Origin: Entomortierella parvispora E1425
Lineage: Eukaryota; Fungi; Mortierellomycota
Direction: 5' to 3'
DNA length: 64,000 bases
NCBI GenBank assembly: GCA_020891255.1
Contig: BQFW01000008.1
Location: 3,038,001 to 3,102,000, forward strand
The notes beneath the pieces are model-generated. The model was given only the letters and a program-made list of their open reading frames with translations, was not told where the DNA came from and made no database searches. Both the position numbers and the translations under genes were made by a program. This document shows, one piece after another, positions 13,898 to 24,633 of this stretch; position 1 is the stretch's first letter; every line of letters begins with the position of its first letter.

Positions 13898-14318
13898 AGT
13901 ATCGACATACTGCACGGTGCAACTTCACCTGGTATCGTCAGGCTGCCTTTGGCATTGGTCCAAGCAGTCTCCAACACATTCTTTTTTCTTCAATTTTCAA
14001 ACATCAGCAAGGGCAGAGGTGCGATGTACCATTGTTGTTTTCTTGCAACATTGTACTATCTCTGTGGCCAGTTCCTCTCGTAAGGGTTGGTCTTGCACAA
14101 ATAACTGCGCCCGGGGCATTCCCCCGGCAGTTAAAGGTACAAGTATAACGTGGCGCACTGCACGGTGCACTTCACCTGGTGCGCCACACTGCTCGGCCGC
14201 AAGGTCGAAGCAGCCCCTTTTTGGTACCGCTCTACAATGCTGCACAATTTGCTGGAGAGGATAGATCCATTTTCTCTTAATGTAACAATGTAAATAACCA
14301 TCCATGTTTGATTATTAG

Positions 14319-15786
14319 TTGAAGACGTTCACTCCCACTCCAACTCATCTGCATCCGCCACCGGAATGCAACGTCCTTGTCCCCTTCCCGAAATCAATTG
14401 AGAACAATTCGCGAACTCGATTTTTCTTCATTAATACGCCTCAGCGATGGCTGCCAGAAATATATCTTAGGTCCGGGGAGGCGAGTCTGGAACCGTTCAT
14501 GGAGATGATGAAATCCCTGAGTGAATGTCGACATGTAGCCGATAACCGGATTCGTAGGTTCTGCTTTCAACTTTTGAAATTCTATACGGAAGACTCGGCT
14601 GGGAAACGGCGCAGGAAACTGCTGGAATCGGAACAAGCTACTCGACTGGAAAAAAATATATTCCATGTGGAGGCTGACGGCAATCTTTACCGTCAAGCAA
14701 CTGAAGGAAGTCAAGAAACCGGAGGCCAAGTAACAGAAAGTATGGCTTTTTACATCATTTATATCATAACATGTGCAAGTGTTTTAATTATGGCTCTTTA
14801 CATAGGTGGTGACAAGCGAAAGAGAGTTATCAGCGATGAACACGAATCGGAAAATCAGGGGAATTCTGAAGGCAAGTATTCGCCCACAGGATGATTTTCT
14901 ACACTTTTATTATATAAATACTGACATGGGTACATCTTCATGTTGCAGTAGCAATAGCGCCCTATCAGCGCGATCTTTCAACATCTTGTCTCTTCCCCCA
15001 AGACTCTCCCTCGAGCCCAGATCACTCAGCTGTGCTTGAGGAGCCGCTTACAAATGACCAAGATGATCCATTCCACGATGATGATTTAGCTGCGCAAAGA
15101 TGTAAGTGAATGTTGCAACAGCGATATCAGCTCATTGTTATCTCGGAATTAATTATTTTTGTGTATTCTTTGCATAGCGGCAGCCATGGCATCCTTGAAT
15201 CAAAAAGTAGAGTGGAAGGTTGGAAACCATGATTTCCTGTCCAAATTTCTCGACTTCAAGGCGCAAGCCAGTTCGCGATATTCATTAGCTCTAGATGGAG
15301 TTGCTGATCTTTCACCAGGTTCTGAGTTCACCCTGACTCTGCCTCTGGAGGAGCGTCCATTGGCCTGTGCGGTGTCCACATCAGAACCAGACATCAACGA
15401 AAAGTGGCCAACACTGCTTCCAATTCTTTCCAGAGTTTGTGCGCCTACCCACTCTTACGATGACGTGGTCAATGCCTTGAAGAACGAAGACGCCAATGAC
15501 CCCATTGTCGAATATCTCCGATGGATTACGTACAATTAGTAAGTACCATTTTTTTTCTCTTTTTTGTTTGTTAGAAGGATTTCTAACCTGCCTAGTATAA
15601 TTCATAAATAGCTCTCATCATCTAAAGTTCTCCAACGAGGTCTGTCAAAGCTTGAATGAGCGGGAGGGGTTTGGCGATTTTACCTGGCCTTTCATTCGAG
15701 GCGCATTGACAATGGTCGGTATCCGCTCACGACAATTCGAGATCTTGGTTGGGACGAAGAAAAGAATCTCGGTAGGCCCTTTGTCA

Positions 15787-15820
<34 letters not shown>

Positions 15821-16272
15821 ACTTCAAAAAAAAAACATTCGTTCAGACATACCACTCCCGCCCCATCCCATGATCTTCCTACAAGACTCACACATGCCTC
15901 CCTCTTTTTTTTTTTTTTTTTTTTTTTGTATTGGATGCAGGTCGCGACGTCGGCTCTATTGTACTTCAGTCAGTTCTTTCAATTTGTATCTGCTCAAGGC
16001 GGCTTGTCAGTCACTCTCCCCCAAGACGAACCCCTTTGATCACGGCTCCCCTCCACCGTGCTTTCAGGATTTGTTTCAATGACCAAGGTCTCCATCGCAA
16101 GACTATAACGATACCCACAGTTGACGGCGATTATAGCCAGAAATACATAAAGCGGAGAAACTTCTGCAAACAAACAGCAATTGATCAACATCGAGATTTT
16201 TTTGTTTCTGGATTCCTGGTGCAACGTGCGTCAAACAACTGCAGAAAAGGTCAATGGCACGCGTTCTTTTGA
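14319..16272 (+). pseudogene. Degenerate multi-exon hypothetical gene, possibly element-borne
   Basis: Protein-like ORF blocks at 14319-14894, 15159-15538 and 15612-15771. The intron 15539-15611 joins ...YLRWITYNY|SHHLKFSNEVCQSLNEREGFGDFTWPFIRGAL. The other junctions need stops or frameshifts. The 3' part is repeated elsewhere in the window. Confidence 0.45.
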
Positions 16273-16533
16273 CGTGCTACGATCAGAGACTACAGCCGTC
16301 TCATGGGTCCACACGGCACCAATTTAAGATCGGCCTCTTGGTTGGTTTCATGACGCGCGCGTGGCCAGCATGTTTCTGATGGGCCTTTTTCGTTTTGTTT
16401 TTTTGTTGTTGTTTTTTTTTGTTTTTTTGTTTTTTGAGGCAATTGCACATCCGGGAGGCTTCCCCGCTAACAGTTTTTAATGATCACTAGAGGAGAAGAA
16501 GAAGGGGAAGGAGACATGGCGAGTAGTCGTCAT
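16010..16533 (-). repeat. Interspersed repeat, copy 2 (inverted relative to copies 1 and 3)
   Basis: Reverse complement matches 5694-6008 and 20160-20420. Confidence 0.8.
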
Positions 16534-18344
16534 GGGCCATAGGAAGGACTGTTCTTTCTTGTCTGTTTGCAAGAGTCGACTGGATGGGCGGCGTTGGCGA
16601 CTGCTTCCTGTAGTTTGACGAGAATCTTGTCTGTGGATTGGCAATTCTTGGAGAGAGAGAGAGAGAGATTATGAGATGGTCTTGGGCGCGTAGAGGCGGC
16701 CATGAGTGTTTGGATATATCCGCTGGAAATTTTTGGTTTCCTCATCGGAACATCTTTCCGTAAAGAATAGTTCTGGGTCAGAGGGGAGGATCTCTGGGAA
16801 GATCCACGAGCCATCCTGGAGGGAAAAAGTCAGGGCATTGTTCAGGAAGCCAGAAGTATGGATCATTTTCCCAGAAGGAGATCGGTTCAGGGGCGGAAGC
16901 CGTGACCGTAGGGGAAGGAGGGGGGGTGTGCTCAGCAGATGGGGCTGGGGCTGCAGCTGCAACAACCTGGAGAAGTTGCATGAGAGGTGCATCTGTGGTG
17001 TTATCACTAGGCAGTGTAGACATAGGAAAAAGTGAGCTCAAGAGGTTGCGAAATGGTGAGCCTGGCGAACGAAAAGAACTTTCATTGAGGTCTTTCACAT
17101 GAAGTTGGTCCCAGCCCATGTAAGAAAATGGCCTTCATGCCCCGCACTCGTGGGTCTCCAAGAGTGGTCTTTCATATAAATTGGTTCTAGCCCATGTAAA
17201 AAAATGGCTTTCACGCCCTGCACTCGTGGGTCCCCAAATTCTAGCCCATGTAAAAAATGGCGGGAAACAACGATGTCTTCGCCCATCTGTATCAGTTCTC
17301 CATGTGCATCCCTCCATTTGATCTCATTCATTTAATCATTCATTCAATCATTCAACCGATCACTAGGACATGGTAGGGAAATCGCCTCCACGGTGTTGTT
17401 CTTCCTTGCCGTTGTTTTTCAACTTGCATCAATTTGTCGTTATCCCTGTCCTTAGATGCTAGGAAGCGAGCAAGGAAGACAGAAAACGCCTGTAAAGAGT
17501 TGTTTGCTGACCCTTCTGTCTATCTTCATGTTTTTGTTCCTGTTCAATTGCACCCTGTGAGAACAGACTCGCGCTGACTGATGTAGGGGCACGCCCAAAC
17601 AACATCGGACGACTCTTCCAATATCGACGCTCGTTGAGCCAGGATGACCAATGGCATCAGCGTCATCTTCGATTAGCACGCCAAACACACTCTCACCACT
17701 CTGGATGGTCGCCCAGTCGCTTTTGCTCACGGAAAAGGCACTCATCTTCACGATGTCGGACACAGTGAATACCTCCATGGGCAAGGGACCACTATTGACA
17801 CGGATTAGCAGGAGTAAAACAGGCAAGAACGCGATGGACATCCAAACACCTCAATTCAAATCCAATTCAGACGTTGAGCTGCACTCTCCCTTGAGGTGAT
17901 CACCGCACGATAACTGGGGAATGCCCTCATGGGCAGGGAGTAGCACCCTGCGTCTTGCCCCACTTCATCTACCAGGGCTTTGGATCAAGCTCACTGTCGA
18001 GACAAGGAAATCATTGGCAATAAGGAGGAATGTGTCATTGGCTTGATCCGAGATTGCAGTTGTACGCTTACGCCCTGTGGAGCTCTTTCAGCTGTGCAGC
18101 TGACTTGGACAATACATGTCCAGACAGTCCAGACAGGCCAATGTCTGAGCCTTGGACTGTAGTTCCATGCTAACTCTACCACGTCTCCCACGCTCAGCCT
18201 TGTAAGATCGTGGATCCATTCGGTCTCTAGGAAAGTATTCCCGTGGTTTCGATCGTCACCAGTCTCTTGATGTTGTCGATTGTTCGCTTGATGCTCCCTG
18301 TGCCCCATTATGTCCCAGAGTCCCTTAATTTTCAACTTTTCCAT
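16530..18344 (-). pseudogene. Fragmented hypothetical ORFs convergent with the 14.3-16.3 kb pseudogene; local ~47-bp repeats at 17114-17261
   Basis: Several overlapping short minus-strand ORFs in different frames, with no recognisable domain. The motif cccatgtaaaaaaatggc..gcactcgtgggtc is repeated locally. Confidence 0.3.
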
Positions 18345-18934
18345 TGAATTTTTTTTCCTTCACTTCTTCACCCCCTGATCTCTCTTCTCTTTCCACCTCC
18401 CTAGATTTTTTTACGTCTCTTGGAGCGTTTGCGTCAGGGGTTCTTCCTGCACCATCACCATTACTGTTGTTGAAATGTACTCTGACATCTCTTGACAATT
18501 GTGCCTTTGAACTCTGCTGTGAACCCTCACCTTTCTTGCCCTAACTCCTTGACTGCTTGATCTCTCGCACTTCGCTGTTGATCTCATTCCAGCCCCTGTC
18601 CCTTGTTTTCTCGCTACCCATTTTTTCATGCACCTCGCTGACAACACCAGTCATTACTGTGGTTTTTTGCAGTTATTCTATCTCGTTCTTGTAGTTGAGT
18701 ACGTCCTTTTTTCATCTGTAGTATACTCTTGAGGAACATCCGACTATATTTTCTCTCTCCTTTTCCAAAGGAGACCTGTCTTTCATATATAAAAGAAGGT
18801 TCCAACTTGACCAGCATCCTGCACCAAAACACATCCGATCCTACTCCAGCCAAAAACCGTGAAGGAGAAACAAGACCGTTTTCAAAGTTCCCCCTCCTTG
18901 TCAATAACCAACCCTATCCCATCGAACCACCCAA

Positions 18935-19198
18935 ATGCTCCGATACCTGTCGATCTTTGCCTCCTTCTTGGGTTTTGCCGCCGCCCTCAACTGCCAATGC
19001 CATTTCGCCGATTACAAGAGTAACAATGCCATTGACTTCGCAAGCACTGCAAGAGCTTGTAGAGATGTTAAAGGCTCGTACCTCGCACAAACTGGAGGTT
19101 GCGACCTTGGACAGAGTCCACGTATGGTTATCTGTAGAACGTTTGAGAACACATGCGTCACGCTTGGTGCAAAATCGCGCTGCTCTGCCTATTGTTAG
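18935..19198 (+). CDS. Small secreted cysteine-rich protein (87 aa, 8 Cys)
   Basis: Signal peptide MLRYLSIFASFLGFAAA, 8 Cys in the mature part, TATATAAAAG about 150 nt upstream. Confidence 0.8.
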   Translation: MLRYLSIFASFLGFAAALNCQCHFADYKSNNAIDFASTARACRDVKGSYLAQTGGCDLGQSPRMVICRTFENTCVTLGAKSRCSAYC

Positions 19199-20159
19199 TG
19201 CTTGGGGCACTGCCACCAGTCTCTGTGCAAAGTAGGAGGCTGTTATAGACTGAATAAACATCCCTCCTCCTGAAAGTTGGAACATGTTTATGAGGTACAA
19301 ACGAAAGAACCTGGAAGGCAAAAGAGAAAGACGTTGCTTGTCTGTAACGAAACAACATCTGCGCAACCAAGGACCTTGGAGGGATTCTCGGCTTCCTGGG
19401 GTCAGGGTTCATATGAGAGCACGACAGTTCTGGTCGTGGTGTGCTTTTAGAATCGTTGGGATAGCCATTGCCCAAGGAGGTGCTCGACTCTGTCTTCCTC
19501 GACACGAATGCACGAATCTGACTAGCGTCGTGCGAGATGACCGCCGAAATGCACACCCCATCATCCAAACACTCTAACCTTCCCTTCTGATACCAAGCAT
19601 CCTTCAAAGTCAAAAACATGCCTGACCCTGTCGCAACCAAGAGCGTCCTCCGCAGCACCGACAACACCATTTTTCTTCTAAAGCTCCTCCAAGTTGTCTC
19701 TCTCGCCTTGACCTCCACGGCGCTTCTCCCACTTTTCTACCCTCTTGGGTCTCGCGGCGGCCATCTCCAGAGGTGGGGGAATCCTTGTAACCATAGACAT
19801 GAGTGGCCGCGAGTAGAGGAAGACGGCTTCACAACCCAAATTCCAGAATATACTACTTCCCAAGAAGGTAATAAACATGGTGCCAGCTCCGAGCGATGTA
19901 CAGACGGAGAAGGCTATCTTCAGCTGTCAGCCTGATGATGGCTGGTCAACACTGACAAACTCTAGGGTGATCTCGGATGGAGAGGGTGGGTGACACGTAC
20001 CCAAATGTCCATTCGCCTTTGTAGAGACCCTTGAATCATAAGAGAATGACAGCGGTCTCGGACCTGAACAGGACCAAGAGCCAACAACTCCTGACGTCAG
20101 AGATGACATTTTTTTTTTACAAACAGCTTCATATCGTGCAATAGAGGGGGTCACTTTTT

Positions 20160-20420
20160 ATGACACCCTGTGGACACATAGGATGGATGCTGTCCTTGAT
20201 CATGGCGCGACAAAAGAACACGCGCCTTTGACTTACTCTGCAGTTGTTCGACAGGCCCCCTCGACTTTGATTAATTGCAAAAGTCTCTCTGCGTGATGTA
20301 TTACTGGCAGTATCATCGTCTGACTATGGACATATTCCTTCGATGGAAACCTTGGTTATTATTGAAACAAATCCTTGACCCGCCGTGGGAGCTGTGATCG
20401 AAGGATTTCGTCTTGGGGAG
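20160..20420 (+). repeat. Interspersed repeat, copy 3
   Basis: gtggacacatagg..gtccttgatc..caaaagaacacgcg..ctgcagttgttcga and cgatggaaaccttggtt..attgaaacaaatcc..tcgtcttgggga match copies 1 and 2. Confidence 0.7.
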
Positions 20421-20559
20421 GTTGCTGACTACAATCGAAAAAACTCGATTCAATGAGGATGACGTCGCCACTTGCATTCAATAGGATAGAACAGAAAACA
20501 TACAGTCCAGATATCTAAATACTGATTCGGCGGTAGCCCAGGCCCAAGAGCGTCCCAGT

Positions 20560-23500
20560 TTAAACGCTGAACCGGGAGAATGGAAACGCAAGAAAGGAGT
20601 AAGGTTATCATGTTGGTATGTTGGTTACAATCTCGAATCTGTCGTGTCGTGGTTGCTGTGACAAATTGATGGGTTGACCTACATCCTGTGGAGTACAGCA
20701 GGAACATCAAAGAGATACCAATCACCACGTTAGATACATTCCTACCACTGTCACGTCTTCGTGGATACGAACAATAGGTTGTCTCGACTTACCCGCTGAT
20801 TGAGCAGAACAGACACATCAGGGAAGAGATAACAACGTCCGCGTTAGCTACATTCTGTCATTTGCCATGTGTTCTCGGTACGAACAATAATTCAGCTTGA
20901 CCTACGATCTGAATAAGCAGAACAGAAACATCAGGGGAAGAGATACCAACAATCGCGTTAGCTAAAATCTTGCATTTGTCATGTTTTCGTCAGTAGGAAC
21001 AATAGGTCGGCTCGACTTACTATCTGATTGAGCAGAACAGAAACATCGGGGAAGAAATACCAATGATCGTGTTAGCTACAGTCTTGTATTTGTCGTGTCT
21101 TCGTCTGTACAAAACGATAGGTGGGCTCGACTTACTTGCTGATTGAGCGGAGCAGAAACATCGGGGGAAAAAATACCAACAATCGCGTTAGCTACAATCT
21201 TGCATTTGTCATGTCATCGTCGGTACGAACAATAGGTCGGCTCGACTTACCCGCTGATTGAGCAGAACAGAAACATCAGGGGAAGAGATACCAACAATCG
21301 CGTGAGCTACAATCTTGCATTTGTCATGTTTTCGTCGGTACGAACAATAGGTCGGCTCGACTTACCCGCTGATTGAGCAGAACAGAAACATCGGGGGAAG
21401 AAATACCGATGATCGCGTTAGGTACATTCTTGCATTAGTCATGTTTTCGTCGGTACGAACAATAGGTTGGCTTGACTTACATGCTGATTGAGCAGAACAG
21501 AAACATCGGGGAAAGAAATACCAGTGATCGCGTTAGCTATATCCTTTCATTTGTCATGTCTTCGTCGGTACGAACAATAAGTCGGCTCGACTTACCCGCT
21601 GGTTGAGCAGAACAGAAACATAGGGGGAAGAGATACCAATGATCGCGTTAGCTATACTCTTGCATTTATCGTGTCTTCGTCGGTACGAACAATAGGTCGG
21701 CTCGACTTACTTGCTGGTTGAGCAGAACAGATACATCGGGGAAGAGATACCAACGATCGCGTTAGCTATATCCTTGCATTTGTCATGTCTTCGTCGGTAC
21801 GATCAATAATTTGGATCGACTTACAGGCTGATTGAGCAGAATAGAAACATCGGGGAAGAGATACCCACGATCGCGTTAGCTATATCCTTGCATTTATCAT
21901 GTCTTCGTCGGTACGAACAATAGGTGGGCTCGACTTACGTGCTGATTGAGCAGAATAGAAACATCGGGGGAAGAGATACCAATAATCGCGTTAGCTGTAT
22001 CCTTGCATTTGTCATGTCATCGTCGGTACGAACAATAGGTCGGCTCGACTTACGTGCTGATTGTGCAGAACAGGAACATCGGGGGAAGAGATACCAACAA
22101 TCGCGTTAGCTGTATCCTTGCATTTGTCGTGTCTTCGTCGGAACGAACAATAGGTCGGCTCGACTTACATGCTGATTGAGCAGAACGGAACATCGGGGAA
22201 GAGATACCAATGATCGCGTTAGCTAAAATCTTGCATTTGTCATGTCATCGTCGGTACGAACAATAGGTCGGCTCGACTTACTCTCTGATTGAGTAGAACA
22301 GAAACATCGGGGAAAGAAATACCAATGATCGCGTTAGATACAATCTTGCATTTGTCATGTCTTCGTCGGTACGAACAATAGGTCGGCTCGACTTACATGC
22401 TGATTGAGCAGAACAGAAACATCAGGGGAAGAGATACCAATAATCACGTTAGCTACAATCTTGCATTTGTCGTGTCTTCGTCGGTACGAACAATAGGTCG
22501 GCTCGACTTACGTGCTGATTGTACAGAACAGGAACATCGGGGGAAGAGATACCAACAATCGCGTTAGCAACATTCTTGCATTTGTCGTGTCTTCGTCGGT
22601 ACGAACAATAGGTCGGCTCGACTTACGTGCTGATTGTGCAGAACAGGAACATCGGGGGAAGAGATACCAACAATCGCGTTAGCAACATTCTTGCATTTGT
22701 CGTGTCTTCGTCGGAACGAACAATAGGTTGGCTCGACTTACCCGCTGATTGAGCAGAACGGAACATCGGGGGAAGAGATACCAACAATCGCGTTAGCAAC
22801 ATTCTTGCATTTGTCGTGTCTTCGTCGGTACGAACAATAGGTTGGCTCGATTTACCCGCTGATTGAGCAGAACGGAAACATCGGGGAAAGAAATACCAAT
22901 GATCGCGTTAGCTACAATCTTGCATTTGTCACGTTTTCGTCGGTACAAACAATAGGTCGGCTCGACTTACTTGCTGATGGAGCAGAATAGAAACATCGGG
23001 GGGCGAGATACCAATAATCGCGTCAGCCACATTCTTGCATTTATCATGTTTTCGTCGGTACGAACAAAAGGTCGGCTCGACTTACAGGCTGATTGAGCAG
23101 AACAGAAACATCAGGGGAAGAGATACCAATAATCGCGTTAGCTGTATCCTTGCATTTGTCATGTTTTCGTCGGTACGAACAATAGGTCGGCTCGACATAC
23201 ACGCTGGTTGAGCAGAACAGAAACATTGGGGAAGAGATACCAATAATCGCGTTAGCTACAATCTTGCATTCGTCGTGTCTTCGTCGGTACGAACGATAGG
23301 TCGGCTCGACTTACACGCTGGTTGAGCAGAACAGAAACATTGAGGAAGAGATACCAATGATCGTGTTAGCTACAATCTTGCATTCGTCGTGTCTTCGTCG
23401 GTACGAACAATAGGTTGGCTCGACTTACGTGCTGATTGTGCAGAACAGGAACATCGGGGGAAGAGATACCAACAATCGCGTTAGCAACATTCTTGCATTT

Positions 23501-23986
23501 GTCGTGTCTTCGTCGGTACGAACAATAGGTTGGCTCGACTTACCCGCTGATTGAGCAGAACGGAACATCGGGGAAGAGATACCAATTATCGCGTTAGCTA
23601 CAATCTTGCATTTTTTTTTTTTTTTCGTCAGTACCAAAAATAGGTCGGCTCGACTTACCCGCTGATTGAGCAGAACAGAAACATCGGGGAAGAGATACCA
23701 GTGGCTATGTTAATTGCAACCTTGCGATTGTCATGTCCTAGTCGTCATGAGTAATTGGCATGTTTGACTTACGGCCTGATGGAATGGAACAAGGATTAGA
23801 ATGCGGGCGGAGACACTTAACCGCGTTAACTTCGGTTTTTGAATGTGCAGCATCATGAATGTGAAAGCTGCTGTCCGTAATGAGGCGTCTTCAGTCTATT
23901 ACTTCATCACTCTATTCAACTTACACTGGGGCAGCAATAGTAACACCTAGAAAGGCAACAAGGACAGGTAGAATTTGGATCTTCAT
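20560..23986 (-). CDS. Micro-exon gene for a small secreted peptide: 62-nt signal-peptide exon, 28 three-nucleotide exons and a terminal exon
   Basis: Exon 1 (23986-23925) encodes MKIQILPVLVAFLGVTIAAP+GT, followed by GTAAGT. There are then 28 instances of CAG|NNN|GT spaced 110-116 nt apart. The terminal exon starts at 20566 (C GTT TAA). The fully spliced product is MKIQILPVLVAFLGVTIAAPVPGGTVVLNGGTTIDITTLNGIGGK*. No transcript evidence is available. Confidence 0.8.
20567..23775 (-). repeat. Tandem array of ~28 units of ~115 bp (each an ~112-nt intron plus a 3-nt exon), degenerate at both ends
   Basis: Minus-strand consensus GTAAGTcgagccgacctattgttcgtaccgacgaagacatgacaaatgcaagattgtaGCTAACgcgattgttggtatctcttccccgatgtttctgttctgctcaatCAG+NNN. 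Most unit spacings are 113-116 bp. Confidence 0.97.
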
Positions 23987-24091
23987 TGTAAGGCGATTGG
24001 AACTGGAAGTTGTAGGGTGTAGTTTGAACAAGGTTGGGATGGAGGGAAAGGTTTGAATCAAGTGATGGTTGCGGCCCAAAGAAACCGATGG

Positions 24092-24306
24092 TATGTTAGG
24101 AGACAAGAAAAAGAAAAGCATCAAGGGGTTCGTCAGGGGTTTTCAAGGGATGCTTGAAGGGGCATCACCCTCCTTTAGTTCCCGTTCTTTTTGGGAAGAG
24201 GCACTATGTTAGGAGACAAGAAAAAGAAAAGCATCAAGGGGTTTTCAAGAGATGCTTGAAGGGGCATCACCCTCCTTTAGTTCCCGCTCTTCTTGCGAAG
24301 AGGCAC
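24092..24306. repeat. Tandem direct duplication (113 bp + 102 bp) upstream of the micro-exon gene
   Basis: tatgttaggagacaagaaaaagaaaagcatcaagggg...gaagaggcac occurs at 24092 and 24205. The copies differ by an 11-bp indel and a few substitutions. Confidence 0.9.
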
Positions 24307-24633
24307 TCAATGTCGGATCCCTGTCGTACGGTTGCACTCAATTGCTACTCTCAGATCTCTGCAGCAAGACGATCCCTGCAGCAAATCCCAGTGTCCCTCC
24401 TTCTTTTCCAAAAAAAAAGGGAACTTCCTCTCGCTCATCTTTACCGAACCAAGATGTCAGAATGCATGAAACAAAATTCTTTTGATTTATTTCATGTTCC
24501 CCATCATCATCAGACGAGACGAACACGCTGGAATATGGTACAAGAAAAGTGGGTACAAAAAGACGCGGGAGGGTGAGTTTTGGTTGGGTATCAACAATCA
24601 TATACAAAAAAGGAAAAAAGAAAAAAGAAGGCA

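Noticed and set aside
19158-19935. Possible Ty1/copia gag-protease remnant (LTLKDAWY)
   Set aside because: The resemblance is too short. No LTRs, RT or integrase motifs were seen.
21924-23637. Short ORFs called inside the array (21924-22109, 23044-23226, 23425-23637)
   Set aside because: The unit length of ~115 bp is not a multiple of 3, so these are chance read-throughs of intron repeats.
20600-23830. The array as a CRISPR locus, 5S rRNA cluster or plain centromeric satellite
   Set aside because: The context is eukaryotic, there are no cas genes, and only 3 nt vary between units. It shows no convincing similarity to the 5S rRNA sequence as I recall it. Splice signals and a matching upstream coding exon explain the structure better.
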